From NCBI GenBank assembly GCA_963789395.1, contig CAWBKP010000011.1, positions 160,001 through 224,000 of the forward strand: DNA of 64,000 nucleotides, read 5' to 3'. Shown one piece after another: positions 36,517-47,561 of the stretch. The notes under the pieces were generated by a model. The model was given only the letters and a program-made list of their open reading frames with translations. It was not told where the DNA came from and searched no databases. Each line of letters opens with the position of its first letter. Positions within the stretch are counted from its first letter, which is position 1. Source of the DNA: an uncultured delta proteobacterium. GTDB taxonomy: Bacteria; Desulfobacterota; Desulfobacteria; Desulfobacterales; Desulfatirhabdiaceae. The position numbers and the translations under genes were made by a program.

Positions 36517-37504
36517 GGGGGGCCCATTATCACATCCGGCGGGATCAGCGTTTTTTTCAGCATATCGGCATTCTCCGCAAGCAGATTCATATACACCGTC
36601 TCCATCGCGATCATTTCCCGGTCTTCGTGCCGGAGCCACTCCGAAAGCCATGCAAACCGGATGGCGATGACAAACTCGATCAGCACCTCCCAACTGAGAT
36701 GCGAGATCCATTGAGACCCTTGTAATCTCCGAATGAATTTTCGGACAAGATCACCGAGCAGGGCCTTGGGATCTTCGATGCCGATGCAACCGATAAGATT
36801 GGCTGCATCGTATATTTCCGGTTTGGTTCCCAGAAATTCCCAGTCGATCACGGCATGGATCCCATCGTGCGACCAGATAATGTTCAGCGGGTGAAAATCG
36901 CCGTGGCAGAACGATAGAGGAAGCAGGTCGTGAACGTTCATGAAACGCTTTTCCATAAAACGAATCACCGGCCTGATTCCGTCCAGCACCTGTGGCGCGT
37001 GCGTCTGAATCTGCGCCGTGAGTTTTTGAATATAATCTGTTATTGAAAACACGGAAAGCGCTTTAATAAACGGAATATCCCTGGACAGGGCGTGCTGCCG
37101 GATCAGAAAATCCGCCATCACCTCTCCTCGCCAGCCATCCCAAACGTATTCCGGCCGGATCAGGGGCGTGCCGCAGCACAAACGGCGACAGTTGCCAGAG
37201 GCGGTTGTTGCAATGGACGATATATCCGCCGGACGTGCTGCAAAGATAGGGAACGATTGCCGGCAATCCCTTTTCTGAAAGAAAATTCAGACTGGTAATG
37301 ATTTCAAGCTTGTGATCGGCGTCCGTTTCAAACAGGCTTTCCAGCACGTACAGCCTGATTGCAATCGCATTCAAGCACCAGCCTGAGTTCGCACCTGTCC
37401 GGACTTCCGGCAATCTGAAGATCCCTTCGGATTTGCCGAACGGAAAGGTTCCATTTGCCGGCAGCTTCGGCAGCAAAATGATCTATTTCGAACGAGACTG
37501 TCAT
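36513..37504 (-). CDS. APH/homoserine kinase type II-like phosphotransferase, frameshifted
   Basis: CHGDFHPLN, VIDWEF; N-terminus MTVSFEIDHF read manually. Confidence 0.8.
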
Positions 37505-37550
37505 TCCGGGATGCGATGCCTGTTATTTTCACGGTCACCAATCCTGCCTG

Positions 37551-39053
37551 TCATTTCAGTTCCTCCCAGGCTTTCTTGCGGTCCGTTACGGGAAAAGGCC
37601 GACGCAGCTCCTCAAGGACATCTTCCACATAGTCGGGATGCCGCATGCCCACCAGCACAACGGAGATCCCCCGCGTGGTCCGCAGGGCCCGGACAGCCTT
37701 CTGGCTGAAGGTGCCCGGTTCGGCCCAGTCGGAATCGGCAGTGGAAAGCGCCCGTTTCAAGCCGGTGATACGGCGCCTGGCCATTTCCGCGTAAAACGAC
37801 CCGATGGCTTCAAAGACCTCGCTCAGCACGGTTTCATGGCCGGACATCCATTTCAAAAGTTCCGGGTTTTTGGCGGCATGGGGCTGAAGAAACGCCATGG
37901 CCCCTTGAATGCGGGGATAAAAATGTCCGTCCCGGGTCTGACACCAGCGTTCGTAGGAAGAAAAATTGCGCCAGTAATGTTTCAGGGAATCCGCGATGCA
38001 GAGCTGCTCTTTGAGGCGGAGCTTGAGTCCGTCGGGAATTTCCAGCTCCGGAAGCATCCGCCGCCAGAAACGGGACTCAGAGCCGCCCACAGCGCCGATT
38101 CGCGCCGTAATCAGATGATCGGCGAGTCTCTCGGGTTCCGCAGGCTCCGCCAGCCGGATCAGGGCATTGCCGGTAAAGGCGTTCAGCGGCCGGTTGATCA
38201 TCACCGCCAGGCGATGATCGGCTGCAAACTCCAGAACGGTCTTTGGCCCCGGCTGATTGGCGGTTAGAGCAGCCCCGGTTTCAAGAAGATTCATGGGAAA
38301 CTGGATGATGCGGAAATGATGATCCGGAACGATGTCTTCTGCCATCTCCCACAATGCGGACACGGCGGTAAACTCCGGATCATCCTGCACTGCGGGAAAG
38401 GTGTTGGAACTGACGCCGTACCAGCGAATGCGTCCCTTGACGACTTCCGATTCCAGATGGACAAACGCCTGCCGGATGCGGCGATAATATTCCCGTCGGG
38501 CGGCATCCGGTTCCATGCCGCTTTGATGGGCCCATCCCAGATAATATTCCGGATTGTGAAGCAGATATGCGTCGATGGTCGAAAGGCCCAGCCGATTCAG
38601 GCTCCCGGTAAGCTGAGAGGCGATAAACTCCGGATGGATGCAGTGCTCCAGTCCTTCGGAAACCGTCACAAGTTCAGGAAACGGCTGGTTTGCCTCCCGG
38701 CGGGCCTGGCTCTCGGCATAGTTTCTGCCCTGAAGGTATCCGACCTTGGATACCACCACGATGTTTTCCCGCCGCACGCCGCCGGATTCTATCAACTCGG
38801 CCAGCACGCTGCCGACCAGGGCCTCGGAGTCGCCATCGCCATAATTGGTGCTGGTATCGATCAGATTGATTCCGGAAAGCAGCGCCTTGCGAAGGCTCTG
38901 CCTATGATTGGCGACATCCGGCGTGATGCGGTAACATCCAAAACCCGCCTGACTGGTCATCAGGCCGGTGTTTCCAAAGTGTCCATAAACCATCGGCGCC
39001 TGCGTGTCCGCCAGCACAGCGGTTGCCTCAGGCGTGGCGTATCCATCAATCAT
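37551..39053 (-). CDS. aldo/keto reductase family protein with C-terminal extension
   Basis: GFGCYR, IDTSTNYGDGDSE, VSKVG, YLLHNPE, YGVSSN. Confidence 0.85.
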   Translation of the reverse strand: MIDGYATPEATAVLADTQAPMVYGHFGNTGLMTSQAGFGCYRITPDVANHRQSLRKALLSGINLIDTSTNYGDGDSEALVGSVLAELIESGGVRRENIVVVSKVGYLQGRNYAESQARREANQPFPELVTVSEGLEHCIHPEFIASQLTGSLNRLGLSTIDAYLLHNPEYYLGWAHQSGMEPDAARREYYRRIRQAFVHLESEVVKGRIRWYGVSSNTFPAVQDDPEFTAVSALWEMAEDIVPDHHFRIIQFPMNLLETGAALTANQPGPKTVLEFAADHRLAVMINRPLNAFTGNALIRLAEPAEPERLADHLITARIGAVGGSESRFWRRMLPELEIPDGLKLRLKEQLCIADSLKHYWRNFSSYERWCQTRDGHFYPRIQGAMAFLQPHAAKNPELLKWMSGHETVLSEVFEAIGSFYAEMARRRITGLKRALSTADSDWAEPGTFSQKAVRALRTTRGISVVLVGMRHPDYVEDVLEELRRPFPVTDRKKAWEELK

Positions 39054-39337
39054 ATTCCCCTCCCCCCATACATCCGGTGGTAGACCGGCAACCGGATTAT
39101 CCCGCCGGTCTGTGGCAAAAACCCGAAACGATGTGAAACATCGTAAATCAATTTTGATTTCAAAGCAAGTACAGGGTCGGCCCCTGGCCCCGCAAAGTCT
39201 CAAACTCAATCGCATCGGGCCTCTTCTGCCTGATTACAAAACCACATTAAACACGACAAGCGGCGACAGTTCTCATCTTCTTCCTTGACACCCGAAGCAT
39301 TTTTTGTGAAGCTCAAAAAACAGCAAGGAGAAATCAC

Positions 39338-40565
39338 ATGCAAACTTACAACCCGGAACAGGCATTGGCGGAGGCAAAAAGGGAATTCGGGGAACACGGC
39401 GGGGTGACGCCTTCCATAGCCAGATCTTCCACGTTTACGGTCATGGACCCGGCGATCATGCCGGAGATTTTCGGCGGAATCAGAGGCCCTGAAAGCGGGG
39501 GCTGCTTTCTCTACAGCCGGCATTTTAACCCCACCGTGGATATTCTGGCCCGCTACCTTGCCGCCATAGAGGGAACCGAAGCCGCGGTCTGCACCGCAAG
39601 CGGCATGTCCGCCATTTCCTGCACCCTGCTGCAGCTCTGCAACAGCGGCGATCATATCGTTGCCAGCAACACCATTTATGGCGGCACGCATGCACTCTTA
39701 AAGGAGCTGCTGCCACAGCTGGGCATCACCACAACTTTTGTAGATATCAGTGATATGACGGCTGTTGCGGCGGCAATCACCGATCGCACCCGGATTCTTT
39801 ACGCGGAAACGCTGGGCAATCCGACGCTCAAAGCTGCCGATATTCCGGCCCTCTCCAGTCTTTCCCGCAAACGGAACCTGACATTTGTCGTGGACAATAC
39901 ATTCTGTCCCATGATGGTGTCGCCGGCAAAACTCGGGGCGGATATCGTGGTCTATTCTCTGACCAAGTTCATGAACGGCGCAAGCGACCTGATCGCCGGC
40001 GCCATCTGCGCCGGCAAGGCCATGGTTCACCGCCTGATGGATCTTCACACCGGGCGCATCATGCTGCTGGGACCCACCATGGACCCCCGCATCGCCTTTG
40101 ACGTGATCCAGCGCCTGCCGCATCTGGCCATCCGGATGAAAGAGCACGGACGTCGCGCCATGGCCATCGCCGGGCACCTGGCATCCCTTAACGTACCGGT
40201 CTGCTATCCGGGCCTTTCCACCCATCCGCAGCACGACCTGTTCAGCCGCATGCTGAACGCTGGGATTCGGATACGGCGGCATGATGACCATCGACTGCGG
40301 GAATCAGACAAAAGCCGATGCACTGCTGTCCTGTCTTCAGAATCAGGAAGACTTCGGATATATCGCCGTGTCCCTTGGCTATTTTGATACGCTGATGTCC
40401 TGCTCGAGCTCAACGACATCTTCGGAAATCGACCCGACAGACCAGAAAAGCATGGGGTTGTCCCCTGGACTGGTCCGGCTGTCCATCGGGTTTACCGGAG
40501 ACCTTCACACACGCATTCAGCAGATCGACCGGGCGGTTAAATCCGTCGGCCTTGATGCTGCCTGA
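39338..40565 (+). CDS. methionine gamma-lyase (Cys/Met metabolism PLP enzyme), frameshifted
   Basis: YSRHFNPT, SGMSAI, YGGTH, VVDNTF, SLTK (PLP lysine), AVSLG, LVRLSIG. Confidence 0.85.
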
Positions 40566-40609
40566 AAATACCTGCCATACGGCAAAACATGGCGAAAGGA
40601 ACGCATACG

Positions 40610-41517
40610 ATGAAAGACAATGCCAAAGCCATGGTTCTTGCGGCCTTTGCTGCCGATGCACTGGCCCTGGGAGCCCACTGGATCTACGACACGGATCAGA
40701 TCTCCGCCACTTTCAAACGGGTGGAGTCATTTCAAAAACCCGGAGCAAACTCCTACCATTCCACCAAAACCGCAGGAGAATTCACCCATTACGGTGACCA
40801 GATGCTGGTTCTGCTGGAATCCATCGCAGCCTGCCATGGATTTGATCTCAAGCATTTTGCCGCGCTGTGGCAGAAGCATTATCAAAGCGATCCCGGCTAT
40901 ATCGACCATGCCACCCGATCGACACTTGGCAATTTCAAGGACGGAAAACCTCCGGAGTCCGCCGGTTCCGAATCCACCGAACTGGGGGGGCGGCAAGAAT
41001 AGCGCCGCTGGCCTACGCATACCGCAACGACATGGATGCGCTGGTAAATAGCGCCCGAATCCAGACGGCCATGACCCACAATAACGTTCTGGTGACCGAC
41101 AGTGCGGCTTTTTTTGCCGCGGCCGTTTTCCGCATTCTGCAGGGGGATACGCCCGTAGCTGCCATCAAGGCGACAGCCGCCACGCAATTCAACCGCGAAC
41201 CGTTTCAGACATGGGTGAATAACGGCATCGAAAGCAGCTCTTCAGACACGCTCTCCACTATAAAAAAATTCGGGCAGATGTGTGGGGTCGGCGCCGCATT
41301 TCCAGCCGTGATCCACCTGGTTGCCAGATACGAAGACAATCTGCAGGATGCTCTCATCGAAAACGTAATGGCAGGCGGAGATTCAGCCGCCCGGGGAATG
41401 ATCGCTGGCATGCTGCTCGGGGCCTTTCACGGAATCGCAGCCATCCCTGAATCCTGGTTGACAGAAATGGCGGCCCATAAGAAAATCATCTCTTTGTTGG
41501 CTGACATCGATGCATAA
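40610..41517 (+). CDS. ADP-ribosylglycohydrolase family protein, frameshift in a G run
   Basis: ADALALG, HYGDQ, THNN, AGGDSAARG..AG.LLGA. Confidence 0.8.
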
Positions 41518-41576
41518 GAATCACTAGTAACGGTTTCAGGGGACACAAACAGTTTCAGTTATACCGGGAGGCCGTC

Positions 41577-42422
41577 ATGGAAATAGGCCAGGAAGCGGAC
41601 GGCGTTCAAACGCTGTATTCCGACGAGGTTAAAAAATTCATCAACGAACATTCAGAAGGTGATTACGTGCTTCTTGATGTGCGTCAGCCCGGAGAATACG
41701 AACTGGGGCACCTTCCGGGAGCCAAATTGATACCGCTCCCCCAACTGGCCGATTCGCTGAAAGAGCTGGATGCCGCCAAACCCATTATCGTCTACTGCGC
41801 GGTGGGAGGCCGCAGCCGCATGGCGACCCAGCTTTTGACGAATCTGGGATTCAAGGATGTTTTTCATCTTCAGGGCGGCATTCAGGCCTGGGAGGACCGG
41901 ACTGCAACCGGGCCCAGAGAGTTTCACCTGGATTTTATAAAAGGGGATGAGTCTCCGGAGGAAATCATCCTGCTGGCCTATCGGATGGAAGAAGGGTTGA
42001 AAAAATTCCACGAAGCCTTCCGGGCCAAAACTGATGATGCAGCGCTTTCAACGCTTCTGACCGGCCTTATCAAGGCTGAGGAAAGCCACGAAAAAACCCT
42101 TCTTGAACTTCGGGAGTCGCTGGCATCTTCGGCGCAGGACATCCCATCGGGTCTGACCGGTGCATTTTCAGACGCATTCCAGTCCCGACTCATGGAAGGC
42201 GGCGTGGATATAGATGCTTTCATGAAGCAGAACCAACCGTTTTTAAACGATGTCCCCGGGTATCTCGATCTGGCCATGATGATCGAAACCCAGGCCCTCG
42301 ATCTTTATCTGCGCATGGCTGCCGGCAGCCGAAACGAACTGACCCGAAAAATCCTGCTCCGTATCGGAAACGAGGAAAAGGCACATCTGGCTTTACTGGG
42401 CAACTACCTGAATGAAAAATGA
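41577..42422 (+). CDS. rhodanese domain plus ferritin/rubrerythrin-like domain fusion
   Basis: LLDVR, GHLPGA, YCAVGGRS; C-terminal E..EESH and E..EEKAH motifs. Confidence 0.85.
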   Translation: MEIGQEADGVQTLYSDEVKKFINEHSEGDYVLLDVRQPGEYELGHLPGAKLIPLPQLADSLKELDAAKPIIVYCAVGGRSRMATQLLTNLGFKDVFHLQGGIQAWEDRTATGPREFHLDFIKGDESPEEIILLAYRMEEGLKKFHEAFRAKTDDAALSTLLTGLIKAEESHEKTLLELRESLASSAQDIPSGLTGAFSDAFQSRLMEGGVDIDAFMKQNQPFLNDVPGYLDLAMMIETQALDLYLRMAAGSRNELTRKILLRIGNEEKAHLALLGNYLNEK

Positions 42423-42522
42423 TGGATGCAAAATAACCAGTTGCGGATATTTATTACCCATTCAACCTGAAGACAGATGTTGAAAATTGAATCTGATCCA
42501 CGGTTACTGCCGGTTTGAAGCA

Positions 42523-42538
42523 TGGCACCGGTTTTGCT
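42523..42538 (+). promoter_or_regulatory. sigma54 (-24/-12) promoter
   Basis: TGGCAC-CGGTT-TTGCT, about 90 bp upstream of the ORF at 42629. Confidence 0.6.
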
Positions 42539-42628
42539 TTACCTTGAATATGGTTAGATGGGTCGTATTGGACGACTTTTTATAATCAACAGATTCATTA
42601 TCAACAGAACTCAACATAGGTGGAACCC

Positions 42629-42913
42629 ATGAAAAAAATCATTTTGTCCATACTAACCGTGTTTTTTGTTACAGGCTTTCTGGCTGTTGATTCACAGGCT
42701 GGCTGGAACAGAAGACATCGGGCCTACCAAACCGGATATGCCCCCGTAGTCTGCTCACGGCCATATCGACACTATTATGCCCCTGTTCAGGTTGGATATC
42801 TGCAGCCCGCGCCGGTTGTGTATCTGCCGCCAGCACCGGTTGTCTACTCGCCGACTCCCTGGGTGCCTGGCATCAACGTGTTTTTCCCGGGGGTCAACAT
42901 CCGCCTCTGGTAA
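42629..42913 (+). CDS. small exported Pro/Tyr-rich protein
   Basis: Signal peptide MKKIILSILTVFFVTGFLAVDSQA; repeated APVVY. Confidence 0.75.
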   Translation: MKKIILSILTVFFVTGFLAVDSQAGWNRRHRAYQTGYAPVVCSRPYRHYYAPVQVGYLQPAPVVYLPPAPVVYSPTPWVPGINVFFPGVNIRLW

Positions 42914-43002
42914 GTATTTAACTTCCGGGGATTCTGCTTGATGATCCTACTGACTTGGCATATAATAGGGCCTGATGCCTGAACGGTAAATCCGTTCAGG
43001 CA

Positions 43003-43306
43003 AAATTCGAATATCGAAATTCGAAATTCGAAACTAACATCAAAACGGTCGGGATATTCATCTACAAACACACATTATAGAGCCTGTTGAAAATTTCCGC
43101 TGTTCGTCACCCCGGTGAAAATCGGGGTCCAGAACCCTTTGAATCCAATGGATACCGGCCTTCGCCGGTATGACGGAAGAGGCAATTTGAACGGGTTTTG
43201 CAAGAGGCTCTAGAGTTATTAATTTTTATTATTTGTCATTGTTTCGAATTTCGGATTTACCTGTCTTGATTATTGTTTCGGTATTCGTGCTTCGAATTTC
43301 GAATTT
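43003..43306. repeat. heptamer-repeat inverted arms (AAATTCG/AATATCG family) with no ORF between them
   Basis: Left arm 43003-43046 and right arm 43241-43306 are imperfect reverse complements and resemble the arms at 56688-57196. Confidence 0.8.
43080..43210. mobile_element. MITE-like element with a REP-like core
   Basis: TIRs GAGCCTGTTGAAAA / TTTTGCAAGAGGCTC, TA on both flanks; internal GTCACCCCGGTGAAAATCGGGGTCCAG...TGGATACCGGCCTTCGCCGGTATGAC. Confidence 0.7.
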
Positions 43307-43358
43307 ATATATTCTGGTCGTTGCTTCACACTCCGGTCCGTAACAAAGGAGACATGAG

Positions 43359-45025
43359 ATGAAAAAAGTCTTTATGCGTTCATGTATATGGTTGCTCGTT
43401 CTATCGCTCATGGTTCCGGTAGGAGGGTTTGCCCAGGAGTCGGCGCCGCCGGTGTTCCGGCAGGAAGAGCTGGATCAAATGCTGGCTCCCATCGCTTTGT
43501 ACCCGGATTCACTTATTAATACAGGTGCTTATGGCTGCTACCTATCCCCTTGAAGTGGTACAGGCCGCACGGTGGGTAGAAGCGAATCCGAATCTGAAAG
43601 GCGAGCAACTGGCCTTTGCCCTGGAGCAAAAATACTGGGATCCCAGCGTAAAGTCTCTGGTGAACTTTCCATCAGTCCTGGCCATGATGAACGATAAACT
43701 GGAGTGGACCCAGAATATCGGGGACGCTTTTCTTGGACAGAAAGACCAGGTGATGGCGACGATTCAGGACCTTCGCGCCAGAGCCCAGGCACAGGGCACC
43801 CTCAAAACACCGAACGAGCAGGTGGTGCAGGTCAAAGAAAAGACGATCGTGATAGAATCCGCGAGTCCTGAGGTCATTTATGTTCCGGTTTACAACCCCA
43901 CCGTGGTGTATGGCCCCTGGTGGTATCCCGCATATCCGCCCTATTATTATTATCCGCCGGGTTATGCCGTTTCCACCGCCAGCATCATTTCCTTCGGCGT
44001 CGGCATGGCACTGGGCGCTGCCTGGGGTTATGCATGGGGAAGCGTCAATTGGTCCGAAATCAAGTATATGTGGATCCGGCCAAACGTCACGATCAATATT
44101 TATAACACATTATCACGCGAAATAACGCAAACATCAATGTAAATACAATGTCAACAACGTTTTAATCAGGCGAACATCAACGCGAGAATACCGTTAATTC
44201 GGGACCGGGCTCCGGCGAATGGCAGCATGACCCGAGTCACCGAAAAGGCGTGGCGTACAGGGACCCCGGTGTGCGTCAGCAGTTCGGACAGACGGGGAAC
44301 ACCGGAGCAGATGTCAGAAAAAATTTCAGGGGATTTGACCAGGGCAGCCAGGGTCGGGTAACCAGTCAGGGGTTCAACCGGGACAGCCTTCTAACCCTTC
44401 AGATCGTTCATCCGGTCAGCAGGGAAAGGGAATTGCCGGTGGCCAGAAAGTCATGCGGCAGAATCGACAAACTTCCGATCAGAAAAAAAGCCCCTCCGGC
44501 TTGAATAATGCGGCGGAGGTCGTCAATTTAATGGAAAAGGCATGGACGGCGCTCAGCATCAGCGTTCAACGGCGCCGCAAACCCCCTCCTCCAGCACCAT
44601 TGAGAATTTCAACCGAAGTGGCAGTGAAGTGAAACAGCAGAGTATCCCGGCCGTTCCAGCCGTGAAAGCATGCCGACGCAAAATCCCAGTCAGACGTTTC
44701 AGGGCGGGAAAATGAACCAGGGGGGGTGGCACTCCAAATACCAGCATCAGTGGCCGCAGCTTTCCAAGTACCTCTGGCGGCGCCAGCATCCCGAAAGCCA
44801 GTGGCGGTAGCGGCATCATTCCGAATACTGCCGGTGGTGGCGGCAGTGGCTTTACTCGTGGCGGCGGTGGCAGCAGCTCACCGAAGACCAGTAGCGGTAG
44901 CAACATCATTCCGAAGACCGGCAGTGGTGGCGACGCCTTTCCCCAAAGTGCCGGCGGCGTTTCCCCGCGGCGGACAGCGGTGGCGGTGGTGGCTTCCAGA
45001 ATTTTGGTGGCGGCGGTCGCAATAA
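43359..45025 (+). CDS. DUF3300 domain protein with Gly/Ser-rich tail, several frameshifts
   Basis: ELDQMLAPIALYPDSL, AATYPLEVV, WDPSVKSL, IYVPVYNP.VVYG.W, WQHDP.HR.GV.Y. Confidence 0.85.
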
Positions 45026-45079
45026 ATAGATAATTTTATCGGGAAAATGTTTCACATAATTCCATGAGGAGACAGCCAT

Positions 45080-46034
45080 ATGATACAGGTTACCGATAGA
45101 ATACCCCCTTTTTACCCTCTCAGGATGGGCGCTGCCATTATCCTGGCATTTCTGTTATCCGTATTCGTGCTCCCCGATAACGCATCTGCGGTGTCTTCCC
45201 GGCAATCCAGGCAGCAAACCTTTGTTTCTCCCGAGGTTGGAGCAGCCGCAATGGTCACAGCTATACAGGCAAACGATATCAGGTCGCTGTCGGCTATTTT
45301 AGGTCCGATCGACAAGCAATTCGGAGATATCGTGGCCGACCAGATGAACCGTGAGGTTTTTTGTGAATATTATCAAGAAAAAAACCAGTTGGAGCGGATC
45401 GGGGACTCGAAAGCCGTCCTTCACATCGGAAATTCCGATTGGCCATTTCCCTATCCGCTCGTCAAGAAGGGAAATGCCTGGTATTTCGACGCAAAGGCCG
45501 GAAAAGAGGAAATCCTTGACCGCAGGATCGGCAGAAATGAACTCAGTTCCGTTCAGGTATGTCTGGCCTACGTCGATGCCCAAAAAGAATATATTGGGTG
45601 ACCACGACAGGGATGGTTTTTTTGAATACGCCCAGCAATTTGTGAGTGATCCGGGCCAGAAAAATGGTCTTTACTGGAAATCGCAGGAAGGAGAAAAACC
45701 AAGCCCCCTGGGACCAGCCATTGCAAGTGCGTCCCGAAGAAGGCTACCAGAAGCTGGAAGCGTCAGGCGCTCCCCTTCCCTATCACGGATATTATTTCAA
45801 GATTTTGAAGGCACAGGGAAGCACGCCCCCGGCGGCGCATACGATTACATTGCGAATGGCAAGATGATCGGCGGGTTTGCGCTGGTGGCTTATCCGGCAA
45901 AATACGGATACTCTGGAATCATGACCTTTATCGTAGCGATGGACGGCATCGTATACCAGAGCAACCTGGGGAAGAGTACCGCTAAAATTGCAGAGTCACT
46001 GACACAGTTGACCCCGACAAGACTTGGAGGATGA
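45080..46034 (+). CDS. DUF2950 family protein, frameshifted
   Basis: WPFPYPLVK, RRIGRNE, GLYW, PYHGYYFKIL, GGFALVAYPAKYG.SG.MTF; follows DUF3300. Confidence 0.85.
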
Positions 46035-46078
46035 CAGTGTATGGCCATGCCGTAAAATAAAGCCACCATCGATATGAT

Positions 46079-47216
46079 GTGGCAGGAATTGGTGGATATT
46101 TCAGAGAAATCAACCACAGGTTCCGAAGCAAATCGGCCAGCACGATACTCGCGCGCCTGCCTGAAATCAATTTCGTGGACGAAAAGGCAGCCATCGAAAT
46201 GCCAGGTATTGCTTTGAAGTATAGTGTCGAGCACTGGATCAATGACGGTTTGATGGCGATTTTCTTCCTGCTGATCGGCCTTGAAATTGAAAGGGAACTT
46301 TATATTGGAGAGCTGTCTGAGCTGAAAAATGCAACATTACCTTGTATTGCGGCTGCCGGCGGCATGGCACTGCCCGCTTTGATTCACTTTTTGTTTAATC
46401 GGGGAACTGCAACACAGGGTGGAATTTGTATTCCAATGGCAACGGATATCGCTTTTGCGCTGGGCGTACTTGAATCTGCTGGGCAATAAGATTCCCGCGT
46501 CGCTTAAAATTTTTCTTACGGCTCTGGCTATCGTAGATGACCTGGGCGCCATTATCGTTATTGCCCTGTTTTATGTGGGCGACTTCTCGCTGCTGTATCT
46601 TGTCCTGGCTTTGGGGATATTTGCAGGATTGCAGATATTCAGGCGTTTCGGTGTACGCCGGCTTGCCTTATTACCTGCTTCCGGGGGTTGTCATGTGGTA
46701 CTTTATGCTCAAATCCGGCATTCACGCCACCATTGCAGGAGTTCTTCTTGCTTTGCAATTCCGTTCGGCAACGGTGACGAAGAATCGCCGTCTTACAAAT
46801 TGCAGCATTTCCTCCACAAACCTGTGGCTTTTGTCATCATGCCGATTTTTGCGCTGGCCAATACCGGCATCACGCTGACAGGAAACTGGATTGAGGGCCT
46901 GTCAACATCCAACAGTTTGGGCATTTTCGCAGGCTTGTTCGCAGGCAAGCCACTGGGCATTGTTCTGTTTAGTCTTTTGGCGGTCAAATTGGGTTTATCC
47001 CAATTGCCAAACGATATTTCCTGGAAGCATATCATCGGCACCGGTTTTCTGGGGGGAATCGGGTTTACCATGTCCATCTTCATCACGCTGCTGGCTTTCG
47101 GCAACCCCGAAATCGTCCAAAACGCGAAAATCAGCATTATTGTCAGTTCAATTTTGGCGGGTACTGTCGGTTTTCTAATTTTGAACCACAAAAGCGGCAC
47201 AGCAAACCTTCCGTAA
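46079..47216 (+). CDS. nhaA: Na+/H+ antiporter NhaA, frameshifted, atypical N-terminus
   Basis: [40 protein letters not shown]. Confidence 0.85.
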
Positions 47217-47262
47217 CAGCATGAACACTATTCTGGTACAACCATTCAGGGACAGATTTGCC

Positions 47263-47535
47263 TCATTGACTTTTCTTGCCCTGCTGGTAGCCGCGCTGAT
47301 AAGCTTCCTGCTCAGCCTCCTTGGACTTTCCGTAAAGATACCCCCCTGCTCCGCCGGCTGCGGCACCGATAGCAGCTCCCATGCCCGCGTTTCCGGACAT
47401 CGCACCGATCGCCAATCCGCCGAGAGCGCCGATGCTGGCACCGCTTAATGTGCGCTGCTCGGTCTGCGACATGCCGGCGCACCCTGCCACTATAAGACTC
47501 ATGATTATAATCGAGATGGTCACGATATTCTTCAT
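47263..47535 (-). CDS. glycine-zipper lipoprotein
   Basis: Lipobox VAGC; GASIGALGGLAIG...GAAIGAAAGGAGG. Confidence 0.8.
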   Translation of the reverse strand: MKNIVTISIIIMSLIVAGCAGMSQTEQRTLSGASIGALGGLAIGAMSGNAGMGAAIGAAAGGAGGYLYGKSKEAEQEAYQRGYQQGKKSQ

Positions 47536-47561
47536 GGTATTCTCCGTTTCGATTCTTAAGG

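Noticed and set aside
44734..44960. CRISPR array
   Set aside because: Degenerate in-frame coding repeats without unique spacers; no cas genes in the window
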